A stretch of DNA of 64,000 nucleotides, taken from Bacteroidota bacterium (GTDB taxonomy: Bacteria; Bacteroidota; Bacteroidia; Bacteroidales; UBA12481). The stretch is taken from the NCBI GenBank assembly GCA_034658635.1, contig JAYEFL010000097.1, forward strand, positions 7,074-71,073, in the 5' to 3' direction. The first letter of the stretch is position 1; each line of letters begins with the position of its first letter. The notes under the pieces were generated by a model. It was not told where the DNA came from. It did no database searches and saw only the letters and a list, made by a program, of their open reading frames with translations. A program made the translations under genes and the position numbers. Of this stretch, positions 38,522 through 48,336 are shown piece after piece.

Positions 38522-39776
38522 AAAAAAAGTAATTTTAGCCTATAGCGGAGGATTAGATACCTCTGTTATATTAAAATGGTTATCCCTGAAGGGGTTTGAA
38601 GTAATATGTTATGTAGCTGATGTTGGTCAGGATGATGATTTTGAGGCAGTGAAGAAGAAAGCTCTTCAAACAGGCGCCTCCAAAGTATATATTGAGGATT
38701 TGAAAATGGAGTTGGTTACTGATTATGTCTTTCCGGCTTTACGTGGTAACGCTTTGTATGAAGGAAGGTATTTGTTAGGTACTTCAATTGCACGTCCGGT
38801 TATTGCTAAGCGCCAGGTTGAAATAGCAATGAAAGAAAGCACTACTTATGTTGCGCATGGTTCAACAGGTAAGGGCAATGATCAAGTTCGTTTTGAATTT
38901 GCGTATTATGCTTTATTGCCTGATGTTCAGATAATAGCACCGTGGAAGGATCCAGAGTTTCTTAGTGTGTTTAAAGGTCGTACCGACATGCTGAAATATG
39001 CAGAGAAACATGATATTCCAGTTTCAGCTACTTTGAAAAAATCATACTCTGAAGATGACAACCTTATTCATATTAGTCATGAGGCAGGTATTCTGGAAGA
39101 TCCTTCTGTTGAGTGTCCATTAGAAGTTTATTCAAAAACAAAGTCTCCTTTTGAAGCACCAGATAAAGCGATAAAAATCAAAGTATTTTTTGAAAATGGT
39201 ACACCTGTTAAGATTGATAATCTTGAGACAGGAGAAAGTATTACCGGAGCCCTTGAGTTATACACTTATGCCAATAAAATTGCGGCAGAAAATGGAATTG
39301 GTCGTTTAGATATGGTTGAAAATCGCTTTATCGGCATTAAATCGAGAGGTGTTTACGAAACCCCAGGTGGATTTCTTCTTTGGGAGGCTCACAGAGATCT
39401 TGAGGGAATTGCTATGGATAAAGAAGTTATGCATCTCAGAGATATGTTGATCCCAAAATTCTCAGAGATTATCTACAATGGTTTGTGGTTTTCACCAGAG
39501 ATGGATTTCCTGATGAGTGCTTTTAATAAAAGTCAAGAAGTTATTACTGGTGATGTAACGATGGTATTGTACAAGGGTAATGCCATTTCTGTAGCAAGGT
39601 ATTCGCCATACTCACTCTATGATCAGGATCTTTCATCGATGGAGATTGAGGGAGGGTTTGATGCCACAGATACTAAGGGGTTTATAAACATTAGTGCTAT
39701 CCGTTTGAAGGCTCATCACCTTGTATTGGGGCAAAAAAGTCCTTATGATTGGAGACCAGCTATTTTACCTGATTAA
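38517..39776 (+). CDS. argG: Argininosuccinate synthase
   Basis: Contains [24 protein letters not shown] and [18 protein letters not shown] motifs. Confidence 0.95.
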   Translation: MQKKVILAYSGGLDTSVILKWLSLKGFEVICYVADVGQDDDFEAVKKKALQTGASKVYIEDLKMELVTDYVFPALRGNALYEGRYLLGTSIARPVIAKRQVEIAMKESTTYVAHGSTGKGNDQVRFEFAYYALLPDVQIIAPWKDPEFLSVFKGRTDMLKYAEKHDIPVSATLKKSYSEDDNLIHISHEAGILEDPSVECPLEVYSKTKSPFEAPDKAIKIKVFFENGTPVKIDNLETGESITGALELYTYANKIAAENGIGRLDMVENRFIGIKSRGVYETPGGFLLWEAHRDLEGIAMDKEVMHLRDMLIPKFSEIIYNGLWFSPEMDFLMSAFNKSQEVITGDVTMVLYKGNAISVARYSPYSLYDQDLSSMEIEGGFDATDTKGFINISAIRLKAHHLVLGQKSPYDWRPAILPD

Positions 39777-39788
39777 TAATATTAAGAG

Positions 39789-40970
39789 ATGAAACTTTGG
39801 GAAAAGGGGTATAACCCTGATAAGCAAATAGAAAACTTCACTGTTGGAAAAGATCCAATTCTGGATATGGAATTGTTGCCTTATGACATTAAAGGTAGCA
39901 TAGCTCATGCTGCTGTTTTGTGTGAGGCCGGAGTTCTGATGGCGAATGAAAAAGAAAGAATTATTGCAGCCCTGGAAGATCTCCATAGCATATGGTCAGC
40001 TGGGGGCTTTCTCATCAAAACGGAAGATGAGGATGGGCATACTGCGATCGAAAACTATCTGACCGAGAAATTGGGTGATCTGGGGAAGAAGATACATACT
40101 GCGAGGAGCAGGAATGATCAGGTTATTACGGCTATACGCCTGCACGAAAAAGATCAACTGAATTTGGTTGCCCAAAAGTCAAAGGCACTAATTAACAAAT
40201 TTGAGTCGTTTTCAAAAGTACATAGTTCAACGCCGATGCCTGGGTATACGCATACAAGAAAGGCTATGCCGTATACCGTTGGAGAATGGGCCCAAGCACA
40301 TGCAGATTCACTTATTGACGACTTAAAACTACTAGCTGTTGTACAGATTATAATTGATCAGAACCCACTTGGAACCGGAGCTGGATATGGCGTCCCATTC
40401 CCTCTCAATAGAGAAAAGTCTACTGAAATCCTGGGTTTCTCTAAGGTGATGAGGAGCTCAGTATATGCCCAAAACAGTCGTGGAAAATTTGAAGGTGAGG
40501 TTCTGCAGGTGTGTTCGACCACCCTGATGTCATTAAACAGATGGGCTTCAGATTTAATTCTTTTTACCATGCCTGATTTTGGTTTTTTTACATTAGACAA
40601 TTCATTAACAACCGGATCTTCTATCATGCCACATAAAAAGAATCCTGATGTTCTTGAATTAATCAGGGCTTCTGTTCATCGTGTCATCGCATGTCAGAGT
40701 CAGGTGCAAAATATTAGCTTAAATCTTATTTCTGGTTATCATCGCGATATTCAACTAACTAAAGAACCAGTAATGACAGGATTGCAAACTACTTTGGATT
40801 GCCTGGATGTAGCATCAAGGGTTCTTGACGGTCTATCAGTCAATCATGAGAATCTACAGAATGCAATGTCTGATGATTTATATAGTGTGCAAAAAGTGTA
40901 TGATTTGGTTAAGAAAGGGATTCCTTTCAGAGAAGCCTACAAAATTATTGCCAACAACTTATTTGATTAG
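39789..40970 (+). CDS. argH: Argininosuccinate lyase (short form, 393 aa)
   Basis: Contains SRNDQV and the fumarate-lyase signature GSSIMPHKKNPDVLE. The protein ends soon after GIPFREAYKII. Confidence 0.85.
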   Translation: MKLWEKGYNPDKQIENFTVGKDPILDMELLPYDIKGSIAHAAVLCEAGVLMANEKERIIAALEDLHSIWSAGGFLIKTEDEDGHTAIENYLTEKLGDLGKKIHTARSRNDQVITAIRLHEKDQLNLVAQKSKALINKFESFSKVHSSTPMPGYTHTRKAMPYTVGEWAQAHADSLIDDLKLLAVVQIIIDQNPLGTGAGYGVPFPLNREKSTEILGFSKVMRSSVYAQNSRGKFEGEVLQVCSTTLMSLNRWASDLILFTMPDFGFFTLDNSLTTGSSIMPHKKNPDVLELIRASVHRVIACQSQVQNISLNLISGYHRDIQLTKEPVMTGLQTTLDCLDVASRVLDGLSVNHENLQNAMSDDLYSVQKVYDLVKKGIPFREAYKIIANNLFD

Positions 40971-41021
40971 TGTTTATGTGGGACAAAGACACATTTATGT
41001 GTGAAATCTTTTCATATCGTC

Positions 41022-41663
41022 TTATTCGCTTTGATTTTGAAAAGAACGACAATAAATGGATAAACCACAGCTTTCACATTTTGGTTTTCTAGCTTGGCAT
41101 ACGTAGCGACCATGAAGGATAAGCCAATGATGTGCAATGGGCCAGAGCTCCATTGGAATATTTTTTGTTAATTGGAGCTCAGTTGCCAATGGAGTTTTTG
41201 CATTAGTTGACAGGCCAATTCTATCAGCTACCCTGAAAACATGAGTGTCAACAGCAAATGCAGGTTTATTATAAGCCACAGATAGAATAACACTTGCTGT
41301 TTTTCTGCCTATTCCAGGTATCGTTTGCAATGCATCAATATCATTGGGGACAACACCACCAAAATCGCTCATTATTTTTTGAGCTGCAGCAATCAGATGT
41401 TTGGCTTTGTTATTCGGATAAGAACAGGACTTGATAAGGCCAAACACTTTTTCCTGGGTTGAATTGGCTAAGCCTTTAAGGTCAGGAATCTCATGAAAGA
41501 ATGGGGGAGTGATTACATTCACTCTTTTATCAGTACACTGAGCTGACAAGATTACCGACACCATTAGCTCATACGGATTATTGTAATCCAACTCCGTTTC
41601 AGCTACCGGCATATATTCTTGAAACCAGTCAATGACTTTTTCAAACCTTTCCTTTTTGGTCAT
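41022..41663 (-). CDS. nth: Endonuclease III
   Basis: It has a helix-hairpin-helix (LQTIPGIGRKTASV), the catalytic region and a C-terminal Cx6Cx2Cx5C 4Fe-4S loop. Confidence 0.9.
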   Translation of the reverse strand: MTKKERFEKVIDWFQEYMPVAETELDYNNPYELMVSVILSAQCTDKRVNVITPPFFHEIPDLKGLANSTQEKVFGLIKSCSYPNNKAKHLIAAAQKIMSDFGGVVPNDIDALQTIPGIGRKTASVILSVAYNKPAFAVDTHVFRVADRIGLSTNAKTPLATELQLTKNIPMELWPIAHHWLILHGRYVCQARKPKCESCGLSIYCRSFQNQSE

Positions 41664-41696
41664 ACAGCAAATAAGTTATTCAACTTAAATTTACAT

Positions 41697-41723
41697 AAAA
41701 AAAAAGGTCATCCGCAGATGACC
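41697..41723 (-). terminator. Rho-independent terminator after the gldAFG-DUF4340 operon
   Basis: AGGTCATC-cgca-GATGACCT is a perfect 8-bp stem, followed on the minus strand by 8 T. It lies 9 nt downstream of the stop at 41732. Confidence 0.65.
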
Positions 41724-41731
41724 TTTAATTC

Positions 41732-42691
41732 TTAGTCAGATTCGAGACCAGTTAAAAAAATCCCGGGCCCAACAAATATTTTAGTAAACAAATCTCCAGT
41801 ATCTCCATTGAAAACAGAATTGGGGTTTGCATTAGATACAATAGCAGTGCGTCCGTCTTCTCCCTGAATAGCTCTGATTTCAACAGATCCCATATTGTTA
41901 CCTTCCAGAATAATTGAAATAGGACTTCCAGACAGGCTGGCAGGCTCCAGATCATCCCGGAATTCAGTAGCAGTCAAATAAGCTAATGATCCCAAATAAT
42001 TACTGGTCTGAACTGAATCAGCCACTACGCCATTTATCATCCATCCTGCTTCCTCTTTGATAAGTGTAAATGATGAATCAGCAGGATAGCTAACTGTAAT
42101 CCGTGTAAAATCATTTTTATTGCCTCTGAAAATAGACTTATCCCTAAGTCCGTTTAAATCACGGTTAAAGGTCATGCTGAGATAACCTTCCACAGCAAAA
42201 ACGTCCTTTTCATTATTTAACCTGACAAAGGTTTTTGGTTTGCGAGTATTTTGATTGTATGAAAACCGACCAATATACAAGTCACCGATAACTCTTCGAT
42301 CATTATTAACAATAACCCTGATGCCTGAGGAATCTGTTACTTCAAAATCACTCCACTTATCCTTCTTTGCTGCCACTTTTTGTACTGCTTTCAGATCAGC
42401 CAGTTCATTAATCATATTTTTAATGAGATCTGAGTCTGCATCATATGATTTTTCATTTGCTTTGATGATCCACTTTTCATTTTCAAGCAGGATTCTGAGT
42501 GATTGTTGATCACCTGATTGCTTTTGCAAACTAATGGACACAACCTCTTCAGTGTCAAATTCCAACAATTCAGCCTTGAAACTTCTTTCTCCCTTTTTGC
42601 TTTTGTTGACTTGAACCGCAATAACGGCAAGCAATAAAACCACAAAAACGACAATAAGTTGAATTCTATTCTTCTTTGTTTTTTTAGACAT
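41732..42691 (-). CDS. DUF4340-like protein, the accessory gene of the GldG-type ABC cluster
   Basis: I prefer the start MSKKTKKNRIQLIVVFVVLLLAV (a signal anchor) at 42691, which overlaps the gldG stop by 8 nt. It occupies the conserved position downstream of gldG. Confidence 0.55.
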   Translation of the reverse strand: MSKKTKKNRIQLIVVFVVLLLAVIAVQVNKSKKGERSFKAELLEFDTEEVVSISLQKQSGDQQSLRILLENEKWIIKANEKSYDADSDLIKNMINELADLKAVQKVAAKKDKWSDFEVTDSSGIRVIVNNDRRVIGDLYIGRFSYNQNTRKPKTFVRLNNEKDVFAVEGYLSMTFNRDLNGLRDKSIFRGNKNDFTRITVSYPADSSFTLIKEEAGWMINGVVADSVQTSNYLGSLAYLTATEFRDDLEPASLSGSPISIILEGNNMGSVEIRAIQGEDGRTAIVSNANPNSVFNGDTGDLFTKIFVGPGIFLTGLESD

Positions 42692-44201
42692 ATCCTTCCT
42701 CCATTCGTTTAGTTCGAAGATTCCTATTGTATTGCATTCTGAATACCCCATAAATTATGATCAGGATAATAGGTAACAGGAAGTTTAAATACTTAAGGAA
42801 TGCTTTCTTTCCGTCTTCAAGTTCCTTGTCCAGGGGCCTGGAGCTTACTCCTTTAGTTCTGAGCTCAATTAATCCTGTATGGTCTGACAGGTAATCAATT
42901 GCATTAACCATTAGGCTAATATTATCATCACTTTGCTGACGGGCTTCTTGACCTTCTCCATTTACTGCAAAATCTCCATCTGCAATTACTACAATTTTTG
43001 ATTCAGTATTGCCAACTAGTTTTCCTTCCAGCAGGCCTGCAACAGTTAGATTCTCAAGTGGAAAATCTCCCTCAACCCATTGACGGCTTACATCGAAATA
43101 TACAGGAGAAGGCTGTGTCCCAGATTTCTCGGAAGTCCAGAGTAATCGAGTAAAGACTTTCGTGGTATCACCGGTATATGTAAGACTACTGGCAAAAGGC
43201 AGTAGAACAGTTTCTAGTCCGTCAGAGACAGGATGCTGGGCAAAACCCGTTATTATTGGAAGGTAATAAAAAGGAACCTGTGTAGTATAACTAAAAACTC
43301 CCTGCTGTTGCCTGACTGATATTCTTGCACATCTTGCGTCAACAATAAAATTGTTTTCCACAATTAACCCTTTGGATGTCAACCAGGTTTCGAGTCCTGT
43401 GCTTACAGAGGAGCCCCTGGCATTAGTGAGGTCACCTTCTACCCGGTTCATGGCCAGGAAGATATTGCCACCTCGTCCCAGAAAACGATCTAGTTGAGCA
43501 ATATGTTTTGCAGGAAATGAATCTTTCGGTGCAACAATTGCTATAGTCTGATAATCTGCCAAAGCATCGACTGAATCGCTTAATTCAACAGGTTCAACAA
43601 AATATAGAATATTCAGTGAATTCATCGCTTGAGGAAAGGCATTAATAGTTGGCTCTCCATGGCCCTGTAATAAACCAATAATGGGTTTACTGAAAACTGA
43701 GATTTTCTTTATAGTAGAAGACAAAGCATATTCCATTGCTACACCTGGCTGCATAAAAGGAATAACTTCAGATGATTCACCCATTGAGATAACCGCTCCC
43801 AGGAAAACTTTTTGTTGCTTAGCCTGATCTTTTTCACGAACTGTTGCAATAACAGGCTGAATGCCAGCAGCTATAGCTTCTTGTTCCGTAATTTCATTTG
43901 CACTTGGATCTACAAATTCGTATACCACCATTCCTTTAGAAAGGTTGCTGTATTCAACTAGCAATTCTTTAAAATCACGTTTAGTTTTTGCCATTTGAGC
44001 AGGTACATCATTGCTGAAATAAGCAGTAACAGTGACAGGTTCTTCAAGATTCCTGACAATGTCTTTAGTAGCATTGCTGAGGGTATATTGTTTATCTTCA
44101 GTCAGGTCAAGACGTAAAAACAGATTGTCTGACAAAATGTTTACTAAAACCAGAATGCCGATTACAATCAATATATATGTTGTTGTTCTTTTCATTATCA
44201 C
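42684..44201 (-). CDS. gldG: GldG-like ABC-transporter auxiliary component
   Basis: 505 aa with N- and C-terminal transmembrane anchors around a large periplasmic domain. The start (DLTEDKQYTLS) is typical of the GldG / ABC-type uncharacterised transport family. Confidence 0.7.
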   Translation of the reverse strand: MIMKRTTTYILIVIGILVLVNILSDNLFLRLDLTEDKQYTLSNATKDIVRNLEEPVTVTAYFSNDVPAQMAKTKRDFKELLVEYSNLSKGMVVYEFVDPSANEITEQEAIAAGIQPVIATVREKDQAKQQKVFLGAVISMGESSEVIPFMQPGVAMEYALSSTIKKISVFSKPIIGLLQGHGEPTINAFPQAMNSLNILYFVEPVELSDSVDALADYQTIAIVAPKDSFPAKHIAQLDRFLGRGGNIFLAMNRVEGDLTNARGSSVSTGLETWLTSKGLIVENNFIVDARCARISVRQQQGVFSYTTQVPFYYLPIITGFAQHPVSDGLETVLLPFASSLTYTGDTTKVFTRLLWTSEKSGTQPSPVYFDVSRQWVEGDFPLENLTVAGLLEGKLVGNTESKIVVIADGDFAVNGEGQEARQQSDDNISLMVNAIDYLSDHTGLIELRTKGVSSRPLDKELEDGKKAFLKYLNFLLPIILIIIYGVFRMQYNRNLRTKRMEEGYV

Positions 44202-44214
44202 TCTGTTTTATTAA

Positions 44215-44934
44215 TTATCTTTTTTTCCTGACCATGACAAATTCAGCTGATGCTAATCCTAAGGCGATTAAACTCAAGAAATAAATCAGGTCTTTAGTGT
44301 CAACCACTCCTCTTGAAATCGACTCAAAGTGAGTGCTCAGACTTAAATAATTGAGAACATTACCAATTATGCCAGTGAAATTTGCTGAAAGAATTCCGAA
44401 CAAAATATGGAACATAATTCCTATTAGTAAGGCTAAAAGGAAGCCAACAATTTGATTATTAGAAATGCTACTGGCAAATAATCCAATAGCAATATATGAA
44501 CCAGACATTAATAAAAGTCCTAGATAACCAGTCCAAACAGCTCCATGGTCAATAGGGCCAAGAGTAGCAACTGTAATGTAATAGGGTAATGTAAATGCCA
44601 AAGCAATAGCTATTAAAAGCCATGTTGACAAGAATTTACTAGTAATAACCTGCCAATAACTAACAGGTTTTGTCATTAATAATTCAATGGTTCCGGAACG
44701 ATTTTCCTCAGCAAGCTGTCCCATAGTAAGGCCAGGGATAAAGAAGAATAATGACCAATAAGCAATGCCAAAGAATGATTGCAAACTGGCTTGTCCGACC
44801 ATAAAAATATCGGCTCCGCTTATCCAGGTGAAAAAACCGCTGAAACCGAGGAATGCCACCAATAACATATAGGCCATCAAAGAATTAAAAAAGCTTCTTA
44901 ATTCACGACGTGCCAATATCCAAATTTCTTTCAT
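44215..44934 (-). CDS. gldF: ABC-2 type permease, GldF-like
   Basis: 239 aa with six predicted transmembrane helices, located between the gldA-like and gldG-like genes. Confidence 0.7.
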   Translation of the reverse strand: MKEIWILARRELRSFFNSLMAYMLLVAFLGFSGFFTWISGADIFMVGQASLQSFFGIAYWSLFFFIPGLTMGQLAEENRSGTIELLMTKPVSYWQVITSKFLSTWLLIAIALAFTLPYYITVATLGPIDHGAVWTGYLGLLLMSGSYIAIGLFASSISNNQIVGFLLALLIGIMFHILFGILSANFTGIIGNVLNYLSLSTHFESISRGVVDTKDLIYFLSLIALGLASAEFVMVRKKR

Positions 44935-44957
44935 GGTACTATCTTTATTTCAGTATT

Positions 44958-45884
44958 TTACTTCATTGTTAGTTCTCGGAAGATATCCTCCAGCTTGGTT
45001 TCAACAGGAGTAATTTCCGTAAGTATCCAGGATTTCTCAACACACAGATTGAATACTGACCTTCGGGAGCTCATATTCGATTTGCTTTGAATTTCAAATC
45101 TATTGTCTTCATCCAACAGGTCAACTGTGTCAACTGAATCAAGAGCCTTAACAGCATCGAAAATAGTGTTCTTATCACCATCTTCGATAGTGAGTTTCAG
45201 AATCTCCTGCCCTTGTGCCTGCTTTCTAAGATCATTTGAAGTACCATCAGCAACGATTTGTCCTTTGTTAATAATCAGGATTCTGTCACAAGTAGCTTCT
45301 ACTTCAGCCAAAATATGAGAGCTCAGGATCACAGTCTTTTCCCGACCAATGGTTTTAATCAATTCCCTGATTTCGATAATCTGGTTAGGATCAAGGCCAG
45401 AGGTAGGCTCATCAAGAATTAATACCTCAGGATCATGAATCAGAGCCTGAGCCAGGCCTACTCTTTGCCTGTATCCTTTTGATAATTCATTGATTTTTTT
45501 ATGTTTCTCACCTTCAAGGCCACAAACTCTAACCATTTCCAAAATTCTGCCCTTGACATGTTCCTTCTTAATGCCCTGGATTTCAGCTACAAATTTCAAA
45601 TAATCCAGAACTGGCATATCACCATAAAGAGGGTTTTGTTCAGGCAAATAACCTATTTGCTTTTTAACATTTTCAGCTTCATCAGACACAGAGTAATCAC
45701 CAACGTGAATTGTTCCGGATGTTGGGGTCAGGTATGAAGTGATAGCTTTCATAGTAGTGGTTTTTCCAGCACCATTAGGGCCAAGAAATCCAAGTACTTC
45801 TCCAGTCTTTACCTGGAATGAAATATTATCTACTGCACGTTGTGAACCGTAAACTTTTGTGAGATTCTCAACAAGTATATCCAT
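44958..45884 (-). CDS. gldA: ABC transporter ATP-binding protein, GldA-like
   Basis: Has Walker A (GPNGAGKTT), the signature LSKGYRQR and Walker B (LILDEPTSGLD). Confidence 0.8.
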   Translation of the reverse strand: MDILVENLTKVYGSQRAVDNISFQVKTGEVLGFLGPNGAGKTTTMKAITSYLTPTSGTIHVGDYSVSDEAENVKKQIGYLPEQNPLYGDMPVLDYLKFVAEIQGIKKEHVKGRILEMVRVCGLEGEKHKKINELSKGYRQRVGLAQALIHDPEVLILDEPTSGLDPNQIIEIRELIKTIGREKTVILSSHILAEVEATCDRILIINKGQIVADGTSNDLRKQAQGQEILKLTIEDGDKNTIFDAVKALDSVDTVDLLDEDNRFEIQSKSNMSSRRSVFNLCVEKSWILTEITPVETKLEDIFRELTMK

Positions 45885-45984
45885 ATTGAAAATTATTGAT
45901 TTTTATTTTCAGGAGTACAAAAAAACAAACTATAGTGAAATATCTAAAGGCGTACTTGATGTTATTAACTACAAATAACACTAA

Positions 45985-47313
45985 TTAACACTCGGACTTC
46001 AGTGAAATTTGAAACACAGTTGAAGTGTCTCTGGTAATTTTAAAACGATCATCCATTCGTAAGCCCATAAGCCAAATAATATCTTCCCCTGAGCAAAGAA
46101 TCCATATTTTATCTTTTTTGTGCCTGGGGATCTTTTCATCGATAAAAAAATCACTTAATTTTTTAGCCTTGCTCATTCCCAATGGGTAAAAATAATCCCC
46201 TGGAATCCACCTTCTTAGCTTTAAGGGAAAAACAATCTTTTCAAGATCAATATCAGCGGTGTTAAGATCACTGGAAATACTATGCATAGAAATAGGTATT
46301 TCTGACATTTCCAATTTGACAGGAATTGAGATTGATTTAGCTGAAACATTAAGTAGATATTCACTCACAATTTTAATATTCCGGATTGTCAGAAAGATAA
46401 ATTCTCTGTCTTTTATCAGAGAATACCTTTCTGAGTTGAATTGTTTGCCAGGAGGATCAGTCAAACAATTGATCAGAGACCTCACTTGATCAGTATTAAA
46501 TCCATATCCTGATAAAAGCTTGAAAAGGAACCAATGAATTTGAGGAAGCTCAAGCAATTTATTTATTGATAATTTTATTTCATTATCATCATGTTTGACG
46601 ATTATTTCCTCAATCTCGACAAACCGTTGGTCTAGAACCTCCTGTTCCTCTTTGAAGTTCTCAATATTTGACAAAACAGTTTTCGAAAAGGAAGGATTAA
46701 TCTTATTAAATTCAGGGGTGATTATGTGCCGGATTCTATTTCTGGTATAATCAGTCTTCAGGTTACTTGAGTCTTCTCTGAAAGCCACTTTATTATTATC
46801 AGCATATGACAAGATACTTTTACGATTGGTACAGAGTAAGGGACGACGAATATTTCCGCTTTTTGCCTTAATGCCTGTTAGTCCTCTTAGTCCTGTACCT
46901 CTGGCCAGGTTTATAAGCAGAGTTTCTACAGAGTCATCTCCCTGATGAGCCAAAATTATGTAATCGTATTTCTCAGATGCTCTTAGTGATTCAAACCATG
47001 TATACCGAAGATCACGAGCTGCCATTTGTATGGACAATCCATTTTCATCAGCATATTCACGGGTATTAAAACCTTGACAATAAAAGGGAATGTTAAGCTG
47101 TGTTGCTAATGATCTGACAAATACTTCATCCTCATCAGATTCGGATCCTCTAAGCTGAAAGTTGCAGTGAGCTATACCGCAAGTGTACCCGAGACCAGAT
47201 AAAACGTTCAGACACACCATCGAATCAACTCCTCCACTAACTGCAATAAGAAGACGAGCAGAAGGTGAGAAAAGGTTATAATCTTTTATATACTTTTTTA
47301 TTTGTCCTAGCAT
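45985..47313 (-). CDS. tilS: tRNA(Ile)-lysidine synthetase
   Basis: Has the PP-loop SGGVDS near the N-terminus and AHQGDDSVETLL. The 442-aa length fits TilS. Confidence 0.9.
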   Translation of the reverse strand: MLGQIKKYIKDYNLFSPSARLLIAVSGGVDSMVCLNVLSGLGYTCGIAHCNFQLRGSESDEDEVFVRSLATQLNIPFYCQGFNTREYADENGLSIQMAARDLRYTWFESLRASEKYDYIILAHQGDDSVETLLINLARGTGLRGLTGIKAKSGNIRRPLLCTNRKSILSYADNNKVAFREDSSNLKTDYTRNRIRHIITPEFNKINPSFSKTVLSNIENFKEEQEVLDQRFVEIEEIIVKHDDNEIKLSINKLLELPQIHWFLFKLLSGYGFNTDQVRSLINCLTDPPGKQFNSERYSLIKDREFIFLTIRNIKIVSEYLLNVSAKSISIPVKLEMSEIPISMHSISSDLNTADIDLEKIVFPLKLRRWIPGDYFYPLGMSKAKKLSDFFIDEKIPRHKKDKIWILCSGEDIIWLMGLRMDDRFKITRDTSTVFQISLKSEC

Positions 47314-47321
47314 CAGACTTG

Positions 47322-48326
47322 CTAATCAGTATCATGAAGGTTTAACAAAATTTTCCCCCGACTTTTCTTTAAATTCATAATGTCAAGGTACGATTGTAGT
47401 TTGTTCAATCCTATTTCCACAACAGTTGCTTCCGGGTTTGCTGGTTTCCATTTTGTGGCAAGAAGATTCCATAGCTTAGTTCTGAGCTGCATTGGAGTAT
47501 CCTGTGTGCCTATGCCTAAAAGATTAATTCCATTAAGTATAAAAGGGAATACTGTTGTATTTAGTTCAGCACCTTCAATATTTCCCACCGCCACAACATT
47601 CCCACCATAAGAAGTGCATTTAAGAATAGTTGCCAAAGTGTTTCCTCCAACAACATCAAAAGCCCCGGCCCATTTTGGTTTCAGCAGAACTCTGCCACTG
47701 CGATCATTAGTTTGTTCAGAATCTATAACATCAGAGGCTCCCAAAGATTTCAGGTATTCTGTGTCATCAGCAATTTTTGATACAGCAGCCAAAACCCTGA
47801 ATCCAAGTTTAGCCATAATCATCACTGCCATTCCTCCAACAGCTCCGCGTGCTCCTGTAACCAAAACTGGCCCCATTGCTGGTGTCTGCCCGTTTTTAAT
47901 CATAGCATATATTCCCTGTGCAGCAGTCAAACCAGCTGTGCCAAAAAACATGCTCTCTCTCAGTGATAGCTGAGAGGGCAAAGGTACAATCCAATTTCCC
48001 GGAACTCTGATATATTGCCCGAACCCTCCAGGTGTATTCATGCCCAAATCGTAGGAAGTAACAATTACTTTTTGGCCTGAGAGGAATTCAGGATTGGATG
48101 AGCTTTCAATAATTCCAGCAGCATCAATTCCGGGTGTGTGTGGATAATTTCGTGTTACCCCTCTATGACCCTTTGCCGATAAAGCATCTTTATAATTGAG
48201 CCCAGAGTATAATACCCTGATCAAGACTTCATTATCAGGTAGTTCAGCAATGTTTTTTACTTTGATCAGACCAATATGGTCCTCGCCGACTTCCTGAACC
48301 TCGTAACACTTGAATTGTTGATCCAT
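47322..48326 (-). CDS. YhdH/AcuI-family NADPH:quinone/acrylyl-CoA reductase (MDR superfamily)
   Basis: Contains VLYSGLNYKDALS, PHTPGIDAAG and VTGARGAVGG motifs. Confidence 0.8.
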   Translation of the reverse strand: MDQQFKCYEVQEVGEDHIGLIKVKNIAELPDNEVLIRVLYSGLNYKDALSAKGHRGVTRNYPHTPGIDAAGIIESSSNPEFLSGQKVIVTSYDLGMNTPGGFGQYIRVPGNWIVPLPSQLSLRESMFFGTAGLTAAQGIYAMIKNGQTPAMGPVLVTGARGAVGGMAVMIMAKLGFRVLAAVSKIADDTEYLKSLGASDVIDSEQTNDRSGRVLLKPKWAGAFDVVGGNTLATILKCTSYGGNVVAVGNIEGAELNTTVFPFILNGINLLGIGTQDTPMQLRTKLWNLLATKWKPANPEATVVEIGLNKLQSYLDIMNLKKSRGKILLNLHDTD

Positions 48327-48336
48327 TCTGACATAT

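Noticed and set aside
39789-40970. argH is short (393 aa) and ends just after the GIPFREAYKII helix, so it might be a 3'-truncated pseudogene.
   Set aside because: All catalytic signatures, including GSSIMPHKKNP, are intact, and the ORF ends with a clean stop before the convergent nth. Short ArgH forms lacking the extreme C-terminal segment may exist. I cannot distinguish these possibilities without an alignment, so I do not call it a pseudogene.
40971-41021. A repeated TTTATGTG and a short ATGTG/CACAT inverted repeat between argH and nth, considered as a terminator.
   Set aside because: The stem is only 5 bp and has no U tract, which is too weak to call.
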